A stretch of 64,000 nucleotides of DNA. Origin: Candidatus Micrarchaeia archaeon (GTDB lineage: Archaea; Micrarchaeota; Micrarchaeia; Anstonellales; Anstonellaceae). Location: NCBI GenBank assembly GCA_041663445.1, contig JBAYMR010000003.1, positions 21,123 to 85,122 of the forward strand, read 5' to 3'. Each line of letters starts with the position of its first letter. Position 1 is the first letter of the stretch. The notes under the pieces were generated by a model. The model ran no database searches, was not told where the DNA came from, and saw only the letters and a list, made by a program, of their open reading frames with translations. Shown here one piece after another: positions 28,326 to 36,883 of the stretch. A program made the translations under genes and the position numbers.

Positions 28326-29018
28326 ATGGCAACCCTTGACAACTCCATAACTGCGCACATGGAAATAGGCGGCGAGCGCTTCGAGGTCATGGTTGACCCG
28401 GACCTTGCGCTTGCGTTCCGCCTTGGGCAGAAAAAGGAGCTCAACAACGTGCTCACAGTGGAGGAGGTTTTCAAGAACTTCCGGAAGGGCGAGCGGCACA
28501 CCTCGGGCGCGCTGCAGAAGGCGTTTGGCACCACGGACGTGTTCGCCATCGCCGAGCGCATCGTGAAGAACGGGGAACTGGCGCTCACAACCGACCAGAA
28601 GCGGAAAATGCTCGAGGAGAAACGGAAGCAGATTGTCGCAATCCTCATGCGCGAGTGCATTGACCCGAGGACAGGGGCGCCGCACACGCAGCTCCGCCTG
28701 GAGCAGTCCATGGACGCCGCGCGCGTGCACATAGACGGCTTCCGCGACGCGGCCTCGCAAATCGAGGAAGTGATGAAGGCGCTGCGCCCCATCATCCCGC
28801 TGAAAGTGGAGCGCGTGCGCGTTGCGGTGAAGGTGCCGCCAGAGCATGCGCAGCGGGTGTACGGCACGCTGAAAGGGTACGGGATAAAGAAGGAGGAATG
28901 GGCGCGCGACGGGAGCCTCATCGTCGTCCTGGAGATGTCAGCCGGGATGCAGGGGGAGTTCTACGACAAGATAAACCGCGCAACCGCGGGCGCCGCGGAA
29001 ACGAAGCTGATGAAGTAA
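28326..29018 (+). CDS. Ribosome maturation factor SBDS/Sdo1
   Basis: GERFEVMVDP, AFGTTD and IDPRTGAPH; position in the exosome cluster. Confidence 0.93.
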   Translation: MATLDNSITAHMEIGGERFEVMVDPDLALAFRLGQKKELNNVLTVEEVFKNFRKGERHTSGALQKAFGTTDVFAIAERIVKNGELALTTDQKRKMLEEKRKQIVAILMRECIDPRTGAPHTQLRLEQSMDAARVHIDGFRDAASQIEEVMKALRPIIPLKVERVRVAVKVPPEHAQRVYGTLKGYGIKKEEWARDGSLIVVLEMSAGMQGEFYDKINRATAGAAETKLMK

Positions 29019-29035
29019 GTTTCATTCATGGTGAT

Positions 29036-29647
29036 ATGATGGACAAAAGCAGGATAGTGATGCCGGGCGAAATGGTCGCCGACAGGCCCGAGCGGATAAG
29101 CTACGCCTATGTGGACAAGGGGAAGACCTATTCCACTGTGGTGGGGCTTTTTTCCGAGGGCAAGCTCGTGCCTCTTGAAGGCCCGTACGAGCCGCTTCCG
29201 GACGACTTCATAGTAGGGATAGTCTCCGAAGTGCGCTTCTCGGGCTACAGCGTGGACACGAACTCCGCCTACGCCGCCTTCCTTTCCTCCCGCGAAATCC
29301 GCGAGAGGTACGAGATGGGCGACGCGATATTCGCGAGGATAACGAAGACGGACGAGACGCGCAGCATCGAGCTCGGGGACGCGAAGAAGCTCCCCGAAGG
29401 AAGGCTGGTGCGCGTGTCTGCCGTGAAAATCCCGCGCATAATCGGCAAGAAGAATTCCATGGTGGACATGATCCGCGCAAACACCGGCTGCGAGGTAATC
29501 GCGGGCAGGAACGGATACGTCTGGATAGCCGGCAAGGGCGACTCCAACCTCGCCGAGAAGGCGATACGCATGATTGAGGCGCAGGCGCACACGCACGGGC
29601 TTACCGACCGCGTGGCAGCATACCTGAAGTCCCAGAAGAAAGCTTAG
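29036..29647 (+). CDS. rrp4: Exosome RNA-binding subunit Rrp4
   Basis: IVMPGE, S1 domain, and KH motif PRIIGKKNSM...GRNGYVWI. Confidence 0.92.
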   Translation: MMDKSRIVMPGEMVADRPERISYAYVDKGKTYSTVVGLFSEGKLVPLEGPYEPLPDDFIVGIVSEVRFSGYSVDTNSAYAAFLSSREIRERYEMGDAIFARITKTDETRSIELGDAKKLPEGRLVRVSAVKIPRIIGKKNSMVDMIRANTGCEVIAGRNGYVWIAGKGDSNLAEKAIRMIEAQAHTHGLTDRVAAYLKSQKKA

Positions 29648-29668
29648 GCATATTCAAACGGTGATAAA

Positions 29669-30421
29669 ATGGGAAACCCAGCAGAAAAGCCGGCGCTCTT
29701 TGCGAACGGCAGGCGCGTTGACGGGCGTGGCGTGGAAGACGTCCGCCCCCTGAAGATTGTCGCGCGCGTGCTCAACGACGCCGAAGGCTCCGCATACATA
29801 GAATGGGGCAAGAACAGGATACTCGCAGGCGTTTACGGGCCGCGCGAATGCATCCCGCGCCACGACCAGTCGCTTTACCGCGCAGTCGTGAAATGCCGCT
29901 ACAACATGGCGCCATTCTCCGGCGCCGAGGAGCACGGCAGGAGCGGGCCGAACAGGCGCAGCAAGGAAATCTCGAAAGTGATAAAGGAGGCGTTCGAGAA
30001 CGTGATAATCTCCGAGAACTTCCCGAAGACGGAAATCTCCATCTTCGTCGAGGTCCTCCAGTCCGACGGCGGAACGCGCTGCGCGGCTGTCACCGCGGCT
30101 GCGGTGGCGCTTGCGGACGCGGGCATCCCGATGAAGGACCTGATAAGCGCGGTGGCGGTGTGCAAGATTGACGGCACGATGGCAGTGGACCCCGGCAAGG
30201 AGGAGGACAACTTCGGCGAATCAGACATGCCGATTGCATTCTCCCCCCGCACGGGCGAGGTGCTGCTTTTCCAGATGGACGGCAACCTGTCCCGCGAGGA
30301 GCTTTCGCGCGGGCTTGAGCTTGCAAGGAACGCAGCGGCAAAAATCCGCGAGGTCCAGGTGGAAGCGATCAAGAAAGTTTACGACGAGCCGAAGGAGGAC
30401 AGGTTCCTCCTCATCGGCTGA
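29669..30421 (+). CDS. rrp41: Exosome subunit Rrp41 (RNase PH fold, catalytic)
   Basis: RVDGR, GSAYIEWGKN, YNMAPFS and DGGTR. Confidence 0.95.
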   Translation: MGNPAEKPALFANGRRVDGRGVEDVRPLKIVARVLNDAEGSAYIEWGKNRILAGVYGPRECIPRHDQSLYRAVVKCRYNMAPFSGAEEHGRSGPNRRSKEISKVIKEAFENVIISENFPKTEISIFVEVLQSDGGTRCAAVTAAAVALADAGIPMKDLISAVAVCKIDGTMAVDPGKEEDNFGESDMPIAFSPRTGEVLLFQMDGNLSREELSRGLELARNAAAKIREVQVEAIKKVYDEPKEDRFLLIG

Positions 30422-30433
30422 AAAGGTGCTATT

Positions 30434-31210
30434 ATGGAATCCATAAACGAAATAAAGCGCGACACGCTTAGCGCACTGATTTCCCAGGGGCAACGCGGCG
30501 ACGGGCGCGGCATGTTCGACTACAGGGCGATAAACGTCCAGGGCGGCATACTGCAGAACCCGGAAGGCTCGGCGCTCGTGTCCATCGGCAAGAGCCAGGT
30601 GATGGCGGGGATAAAGTTCGACGTTGCAAAGCCGTTCCCTGACAGGCCGAAGGAAGGCGTGCTTTCCACGTCGGCAGAGCTGCTGCCCCTCGCATCGCAC
30701 CTCTTCGAGCTCGGCCCGCCGTCCGACGAGTCAATCGAGCTCGCGCGCGTGGTGGACAGGGGCATCAGGAGCGCGAACATCATAGACCTCGGCTCGTTTT
30801 TCATAGACGACGAGAAGGTGCTGGCGGTCTACATTGACCTCTTCATCCTCGACCACGACGGCAACCTCATTGACACCGCGGCGCTCGCGGCGATGGGCGC
30901 CCTGCTTTCGGCGCGCATGCCGAAGGTGGAGGAAGGCAAGATAATCCGCGGCGAGTTCACCGGCAAGGTTCCGATAAAGGAAAAGGTCGTTACCTGCACG
31001 TTCGGGAAACTCGGCGACAAGGCGTTCCTCGACCCCTCGCTTGACGAGGAGAAGGGGATGGACTGCCGCCTCACGCTTGCCACCACGCCTGACCATCTCT
31101 GCGCGGCGCAGAAGGGCGGCTGGGGCGCGGTGAGCGAGAAAGACCTGATGGAGCTATTCGACATTTCGCTTGAAAAGGGCAAGGCGCTCCGCGCATTGCT
31201 CGGCGACTAA
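30434..31210 (+). CDS. rrp42: Exosome subunit Rrp42
   Basis: RGDGR, GSALV, PFPDRPKEG, ELARVVDRGIR and HDGNLID. Confidence 0.95.
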   Translation: MESINEIKRDTLSALISQGQRGDGRGMFDYRAINVQGGILQNPEGSALVSIGKSQVMAGIKFDVAKPFPDRPKEGVLSTSAELLPLASHLFELGPPSDESIELARVVDRGIRSANIIDLGSFFIDDEKVLAVYIDLFILDHDGNLIDTAALAAMGALLSARMPKVEEGKIIRGEFTGKVPIKEKVVTCTFGKLGDKAFLDPSLDEEKGMDCRLTLATTPDHLCAAQKGGWGAVSEKDLMELFDISLEKGKALRALLGD

Positions 31211-31224
31211 AACGGTGATGTTGT

Positions 31225-31464
31225 ATGTCAAAAAGAGACGTAAGATCCGGGGCTGAACTCCGAAAGCGCGCAGACAGCATGGACATGCTGAGGCGCACGC
31301 TTTTCGTGTGCAGCGCATGCGGCAAGAAGAAGGTGAAGCGCCAGGGCAATTCCCTCTGGGAATGCAAGGGCTGCGGCGCAGTCTTCGCCGGCGGCACGTA
31401 TTCGCTCTCCACCCCATCGGGGGATGTGGCGGCGCGCCTGATAAAGGAATACAAGACGAGGTAA
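31225..31464 (+). CDS. rpl37ae: 50S ribosomal protein L37Ae
   Basis: CSAC...VKR...WECKGC...FAGGTY. Confidence 0.9.
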   Translation: MSKRDVRSGAELRKRADSMDMLRRTLFVCSACGKKKVKRQGNSLWECKGCGAVFAGGTYSLSTPSGDVAARLIKEYKTR

Positions 31465-31468
31465 TGGA

Positions 31469-31600
31469 ATGTACGTTTGCCCAAAATGCAAGAAGAGAAT
31501 CGAGTCGCTCGACACCAAGTCCACGCGCTGCCCGCACTGTGCGCACCGCGTGCTCTACAAGGTGCGCGAGCCGCTTGCGCGCGAAGTCAAGACCGACTAG
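31469..31600 (+). CDS. rpoP: RNA polymerase subunit Rpo12 (RpoP); absent from the ORF track
   Basis: Manual translation MYVCPKCKKRIESLDTKSTRCPHCAHRVLYKVREPLAREVKTD*, in the conserved position after L37Ae. Confidence 0.92.
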   Translation: MYVCPKCKKRIESLDTKSTRCPHCAHRVLYKVREPLAREVKTD

Positions 31601-31621
31601 GCAGCCGGTTGGGTGTCTTTG

Positions 31622-31876
31622 ATGGGGAAGGGAACCGTGTCCGGAAGCGCCGTGCTTGCCCTCACGTTCCCATCCTGCAAGCTCTCGAAAGCCGCCTACG
31701 GCGCGCTTGCCGCAGAGGCGGATTTCTCGCACCGCGGAGGCTCGCGCGTAACCCTGTCGGGAAAAAGCGTGCGCGTGGAGATAAAGGCGGACGACCCGGT
31801 GTCGCTTCGCGCCTCGCTGAACTCATACCTGCGGCTCATGCGCATTATTAAGGATGTCGAGGAAAACACTGAATGA
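31622..31876 (+). CDS. pcc1: KEOPS subunit Pcc1
   Basis: VEIKADDPVSLRASLNSYLRL; conserved position. Confidence 0.85.
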   Translation: MGKGTVSGSAVLALTFPSCKLSKAAYGALAAEADFSHRGGSRVTLSGKSVRVEIKADDPVSLRASLNSYLRLMRIIKDVEENTE

Positions 31877-31905
31877 CGGCTGACTGATGGGATGGAGGGA
31901 TATTT

Positions 31906-32262
31906 ATGGCAGCGGAACTTCGCAATGCAGACGAGCTCCAGAAGAAGCTGATGGAATTCCAGGAACTGCAGCGCCAGCTCCAGATGGTCTCCGGCCAGAA
32001 GCAGCAGCTCATCATGCAGACCGAGGAAATAAAGATGGCCGAGGCCGAGCTTTCCAAGTCAGACAAGACGGTTTACCGCTACGTGGGGCCGCTTCTCATC
32101 GAAACCAACAAGGCGGACGCCTCCTCGGACCTGAAGGAGAAGCGCGAGCTGTTCGAGATGCGCGTGTCCGTGCTTGAGAAGCAGGAGACGAAGATGCGCC
32201 CGAAATACGACGAATTGCGCGCCGACCTTGAGAAGGCATTGAAAGAGGGCAAGCTGCGCTGA
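31906..32262 (+). CDS. pfdB: Prefoldin beta subunit
   Basis: Coiled coils flanking VYRYVGPLLI; conserved position. Confidence 0.9.
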   Translation: MAAELRNADELQKKLMEFQELQRQLQMVSGQKQQLIMQTEEIKMAEAELSKSDKTVYRYVGPLLIETNKADASSDLKEKRELFEMRVSVLEKQETKMRPKYDELRADLEKALKEGKLR

Positions 32263-32374
32263 ACAGGCTCTTTTTGATTTTTTTGTATTGCTGCCCGAAA
32301 ACCGGCATTACAAACGTTTTTATACTTTTACACACAGATAATCATGCAAGCCTGACAGGTGTGGGGGTATTTTC

Positions 32375-32920
32375 ATGACTAAAATTTTGCCAAACTTTTT
32401 CTTAGCCCAGTGGGCTATTCTCACGGCTCAAAGGTCTTCGCTACTCCATAAAAATAAAGCCAACAATGCCAGTGGCAACGGCGCTGCCAAGCCTATCATA
32501 AACTCTTCCACGCCCACCCTGACGGAGGGCATATCCACCGCTCCCAGCAAAAAGCTCTCGGAATGCCGCGTGCTCGCGGTTGACGTCATCGCGCTTGACG
32601 CGCTCTATGTTCGGGCCTTGCTGCGAAAGACAATGAATATAACGTGCGACGTCGCGCACTCGCCATCGGAAGCCCTGGCAAAAATCAGCGAGGCTGCCAA
32701 AAACGGCAAATACGACTTTGTGGTATGCAACCTTGACAAACGCCTGGGCCTGGACGGGCTTGAGCTGGAACAAAAGGCTGGCATAATCTCGCCTGGCACG
32801 CAATTCGTTTTCACTTCAGCCTGGGAACCGAAAGATTTCCCTGCCGGAAAGCCGGTGCTGCGGAAGCCATACACTCCGGCGTCCCTCGTCAGCATGCTTG
32901 AGCAACGCTGCGAATCCTAG
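32375..32920 (+). CDS. Degenerate stand-alone receiver (CheY-like) domain protein
   Basis: RVLAVDV, YDFVVCNL, GLDGLEL, FVFTSA and LRKPY. The acidic pocket and phospho-acceptor Asp appear substituted. Start uncertain. Confidence 0.65.
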   Translation: MTKILPNFFLAQWAILTAQRSSLLHKNKANNASGNGAAKPIINSSTPTLTEGISTAPSKKLSECRVLAVDVIALDALYVRALLRKTMNITCDVAHSPSEALAKISEAAKNGKYDFVVCNLDKRLGLDGLELEQKAGIISPGTQFVFTSAWEPKDFPAGKPVLRKPYTPASLVSMLEQRCES

Positions 32921-32975
32921 CTTTCCCTGCCAGCATGGGTTTTAAACTTCCCCCCCTTTTCTTTGGCGGGAGAAA

Positions 32976-33980
32976 ATGGCAAAATTTCCAAAGATTTCCT
33001 CAAAGCGCATAATCATCACCTTCCACTCCATTGGCGACCTGGACGCAGTGGGCGCGGCAATCGCGCTTTCCCGCTTCCTTGGCAAAAAGGCGGTGATTGC
33101 TGCCCCGGACAGGCCCGGCGCTTCCGCGCGCAGGCTCCTTGGCTACACCGGCACGCCATGCCCCCTTTTTTCTGAAATCAAGCGCACGCCATCCGATTTC
33201 ATAATAGTGCTCGACTCATCCTCGCCGAAAATGCTGCCCCAGCTTGTGGGCATAATCCCGGACCTCACAATTGACCATCACATGCAGTTCGGCAATGAAA
33301 TAGCCTCGAGAAAAACGATAAACGACCCGTCCGCATCCTCCACGTGCGAAATCCTCCATTCCCTGCTTCGGCCCAAGGACAGGATTTCCTGCCTCGCGCT
33401 CCTTCTCGGCATAATCTCCGACTCGGCGAATTTCAAGTCGGCCTCGCCCGCGACCTTCAAGGCGGCATCCGAGCTCCTCTCCCAATCCGGAGTCTCCTAT
33501 TCCCAGCTCCTCGCGCTCTCCCATGCCCCGGAATCGCTTTCCGAGCGCATCGAGGCGCTGCGCTCCTGCTCTTCGGTGTCGGCGGAGCACATCGGCGGGC
33601 ACATAATCGCGTTTGCAATGGCCAAGTCGCACGAGGCGCATTTTGCCGACGTCCTGGTCTCATTAGGCGCCGACGTGGCATTCGTGGGATGCGAAGGCGA
33701 GGGCAGCCCTTCGCGCGATGGCGCCTCCCTGCCGGATGCCAACTCCGGCGGCAGGATTTCCGCGCGCGCACGCGATTCGCTGAAGGGGCATGTCAGGCTT
33801 GACCAGATAATGTCCGAAGTCGGCAAAGTGATTGAAGGCGACGGCGGCGGGCACGAAATGGCCGCGGGCGCGACAGGCAAGCGCGCGCTCGTGCGCGAAT
33901 CGCTGGCGGTGTGCAAAAAGCTCTGCGAGCAGCAGATGCTGTCTAGCGAGCGCGGGAAAATAAGGGAAATCAAATGGTAA
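32976..33980 (+). CDS. DHH/DHHA1 phosphoesterase (NrnA-like)
   Basis: HSIGDLDAVGA, VLD, IDHH, DSANF and GGGHEMAAG motifs. Confidence 0.88.
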   Translation: MAKFPKISSKRIIITFHSIGDLDAVGAAIALSRFLGKKAVIAAPDRPGASARRLLGYTGTPCPLFSEIKRTPSDFIIVLDSSSPKMLPQLVGIIPDLTIDHHMQFGNEIASRKTINDPSASSTCEILHSLLRPKDRISCLALLLGIISDSANFKSASPATFKAASELLSQSGVSYSQLLALSHAPESLSERIEALRSCSSVSAEHIGGHIIAFAMAKSHEAHFADVLVSLGADVAFVGCEGEGSPSRDGASLPDANSGGRISARARDSLKGHVRLDQIMSEVGKVIEGDGGGHEMAAGATGKRALVRESLAVCKKLCEQQMLSSERGKIREIKW

Positions 33981-34016
33981 TCCATGCTGGCAATCAGATA
34001 AAAACGTGGTGATAAA

Positions 34017-35330
34017 ATGGCGTTCGTAATAGTGGTCGGCACTCAGTGGGGCGACGAGGGAAAGGGAAAAGTCGTGGACTGCTACGCAGCGCAGGCCGAC
34101 ATCGTGGTGCGCTTCAACGGCGGCGCGAACGCAGGGCACACCATCGTGTCCGGCGGCAGGAAATTCGCATTCCACCACGTGCCCTCGGGCGTCCTCTACC
34201 CGGAAAAAATAAACATCATAGGCAACGGCGTGGTGCTGGAGCCGAAAAAATTCTTCGAGGAACTCTCGCAGCTCGATGCAGTCGGCATCAAGCCCAACAT
34301 AAGAATATCCCCGCGCGCGCACCTCGTGATGCCATACCACATCGCGCAGGACGGCGCAGAGGAGGGCAAGAAAGGCGCGCTTGCCGCAGGCACCACCAAG
34401 CGCGGCATAGGCCCGTGCTACTCGGACAAGGCGGCGCGCTTCGGCATCCGCGTGGGCGAACTTCTGCAGCCCGCACTTTTCAAGGAGAAGCTCCATACCA
34501 TGCACGCGCTGAAGGTGAAGCTCCTCAAGGAAGTGTATGGCGTGGACTTCAAGCAATCCGAGGGGGAAATCTTCGCCCTTTACAGCGAATACGGGAAGAG
34601 GCTCGCGCCCTTTGTCGCAGAGACGGGCGAAATCCTCGCAGGCGCGCTTGCGGAAAACAAAAAAGTTCTTTTCGAAGGCGCACAGGCGACCATGCTTGAC
34701 ATTGACCATGGCATGTACCCGTTCGGCACTTCCTCCAACACTTCGGCAGGGGGCGCATGCACCGGGGCAGGCGTCGGCCCAACTGCCATAGACGAGGTCG
34801 TGGGCGTGGTGAAGGTCTACACGAGCAGGGTGGGCACAGGCCCCCTCCCCACCGAGCTTAACGACGCGACAGGGCAGGCGATACGCGACAAGGGCGGGGA
34901 ATACGGCACCACAACCGGGCGCCCGAGGCGCATCGGCTGGCTTGACCTCCCCACGCTGCGCTACGCCGCGCGCGTGAACGGGCTGACCGGGCTGGCATTC
35001 ACCCGCACAGACACGCTGTCGGGGGTGCAAAAGCTGCAGGTATGCACGCACTACGAGCTTGACGGCAGGAAACTGCTCACGCCGCCCGCTTCCTACGCCG
35101 ATATCGCGCGCTGCAAGCCCATCTACAAGGCATTTGCCGGATGGGACGACATCGGCGCCGGCAAATGGCGCGCGTGCGCAAAGGCGGGCTTCAAGTCCCT
35201 CCCGCGCGAGGCGCAGGCGTACCTCAAGTTCATCTCAGACGAAGTCGGCGTGCCCATCTACGTAATAGGCGTGGGCGCGGGCAGGGAGGACACTATTGTT
35301 TTAAAAGACGTGTTTTCAAAGAAAGCCTAG
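34017..35330 (+). CDS. purA: Adenylosuccinate synthetase
   Basis: QWGDEGKGK, GGANAGHT, GTTKRGIGPCY, EGAQ and EYGTTTGRPRRIGWLD. Confidence 0.97.
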   Translation: MAFVIVVGTQWGDEGKGKVVDCYAAQADIVVRFNGGANAGHTIVSGGRKFAFHHVPSGVLYPEKINIIGNGVVLEPKKFFEELSQLDAVGIKPNIRISPRAHLVMPYHIAQDGAEEGKKGALAAGTTKRGIGPCYSDKAARFGIRVGELLQPALFKEKLHTMHALKVKLLKEVYGVDFKQSEGEIFALYSEYGKRLAPFVAETGEILAGALAENKKVLFEGAQATMLDIDHGMYPFGTSSNTSAGGACTGAGVGPTAIDEVVGVVKVYTSRVGTGPLPTELNDATGQAIRDKGGEYGTTTGRPRRIGWLDLPTLRYAARVNGLTGLAFTRTDTLSGVQKLQVCTHYELDGRKLLTPPASYADIARCKPIYKAFAGWDDIGAGKWRACAKAGFKSLPREAQAYLKFISDEVGVPIYVIGVGAGREDTIVLKDVFSKKA

Positions 35331-35533
35331 AAAATTCGGCTTGGTCATAAACGCGCGCGTTCAGAATGCGCGCGGTTCTGGCGAAGCTTGCCAAAACCTG
35401 CGGGTTGTTGGCGATTGGAGTTGAACGGCGCACCGTTCAACTGCCGACCATTTTGCCTCGCACTTTTTCGCTTCGGCGAAAAAGGCGCGCCCCTTTTTGC
35501 CTGTGGGCAAAAAGAGAGCGGCAAAATAGTCGT

Positions 35534-35682
35534 GCCCCTGTAGCTCAGCGGTAGAGCGCGTGCATGGTAGAACCCTTTTGCTCGCTCCCGTAAACGCTCG
35601 CTTCGCAAAAGCGTTCACGGAAAAAAGTGCAAATGGGTTTCCATCAAGCACGAGGTCACGAGTTCAATCCTCGTCGGGGGCT
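35534..35682 (+). tRNA. tRNA-Thr(GGT) with a 77-nt intron at the canonical 37/38 position (intron 35570-35646)
   Basis: Acceptor GCCCCTG/CGGGGGC, D-arm GCTC/GAGC, anticodon stem CGTGC/GCACG, T-loop TTCAATC. The BHB has an ATGG/CCAT central helix with TAG and CAA bulges. No encoded CCA. Confidence 0.93.
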
Positions 35683-35753
35683 CTCACTCCGTTCGAGCCC
35701 CCGCCGTTTTGGCGCTGCGCGCCAAAAACTGTCGCAGAGCTGCGCTCTGCTCC

Positions 35754-35769
35754 ATCCTCGTCGGGGGCT
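35754..35769 (+). repeat. 16-bp exact duplicate of the tRNA-Thr 3' end (att-like)
   Basis: ATCCTCGTCGGGGGCT at 35667-35682 and 35754-35769. Confidence 0.85.
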
Positions 35770-35897
35770 TAAGGCTCTTTTTTACTTCGTAGAAGCAGAT
35801 TCATGGCTGGAGGATTGAACTCCAAATTGTTGCGACTGCGCGGGATGTCTCAGAAAAAGCCCTCTCGCAAAAGCCGCGTAACAATCAAGTAAAAAGA

Positions 35898-36533
35898 TCA
35901 GCCATAATCCAAATATGGCCCGTCCTGATCAAAATCAATGCGTATCCTTTGGTGGCAGGCATTTCGAAGCTCGGTAGAGCTTCCATGATAAAGATGCAGA
36001 TTGATTGTCCTGACACCGAACTTCTTGATGACTTCAATTCCTGGCACAAAGTCGCCATCGCCAGAAAGGAGAATCACCGCCTCGTGCTCCTTGGTCCGCG
36101 CAAGCTCTATGGCATCCGCAATCAGCATAACATCTATGCCTTTCTCCTTTGTCAGCCGTATCAGCCCAAGCTTTTTGAGCAGCGCCCATATTTTCTGCCT
36201 GCAAGCATCCACAATGCCGACTTCGGCTGCAGCATTTTCCACTTCGTCTAAAGTCAGGTTGGCAATGTAACGCAGTTTCCTTGTCTTTATCTTAAGTGGC
36301 ACAGCAAGCTTTGACAGGCTTGAATGGAACCTCTGTTGCCCTGCATAGCCTTCGGGGTCTCTTATCCTGTCCTTGAGGGCATCATAAAAGTAGATGTGCT
36401 TAAGCTCGAACTTGTCCGACAGCTGCTGGAAAAGCATGTCAAAATGCTCTGCATTGAACGGAAGTTTGTTGTCAGCTTTGAGAGAATGGTAGAAGTTGGA
36501 GCTATCAATGAAAAGTGCGGCTATGGTCTTCAT
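35898..36533 (-). CDS. NYN-domain (PIN-like) protein
   Basis: FIDSSNFY, EKGIDVMLIAD and LLSGDGDFVP. Confidence 0.88.
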   Translation of the reverse strand: MKTIAALFIDSSNFYHSLKADNKLPFNAEHFDMLFQQLSDKFELKHIYFYDALKDRIRDPEGYAGQQRFHSSLSKLAVPLKIKTRKLRYIANLTLDEVENAAAEVGIVDACRQKIWALLKKLGLIRLTKEKGIDVMLIADAIELARTKEHEAVILLSGDGDFVPGIEVIKKFGVRTINLHLYHGSSTELRNACHQRIRIDFDQDGPYLDYG

Positions 36534-36883
36534 AAAAAGAACCATTAGCCTGCGGTTGCCCGCCCTCGCGGGAAGGCAAACGCAGGGAAGCAATGTTTCC
36601 ATTGTGCCAAGTTAGGTTTTAAAGGCTTTGCCATCGTCGAAAAACTGTTGAAACGCCGCCTCGCGCTTTACGTGATATAAGTCATTGCGATATTCTATCT
36701 TCAGTTTTCGTAGTATGAAAGACGAGGCTGTGCAAATAATAAAGAGCCAAATCCCGGGGCTTTTAGCGTCGTTCAAGTTTCAAAGTGATACAAATCGTTC
36801 CAGGCGCGTCGTGTGCTTAAACGCCTTTTTTACTTGGGATGGCAGGCAATCAGGCTTTTAATTTCACCCTGCGTGGCATCAAG

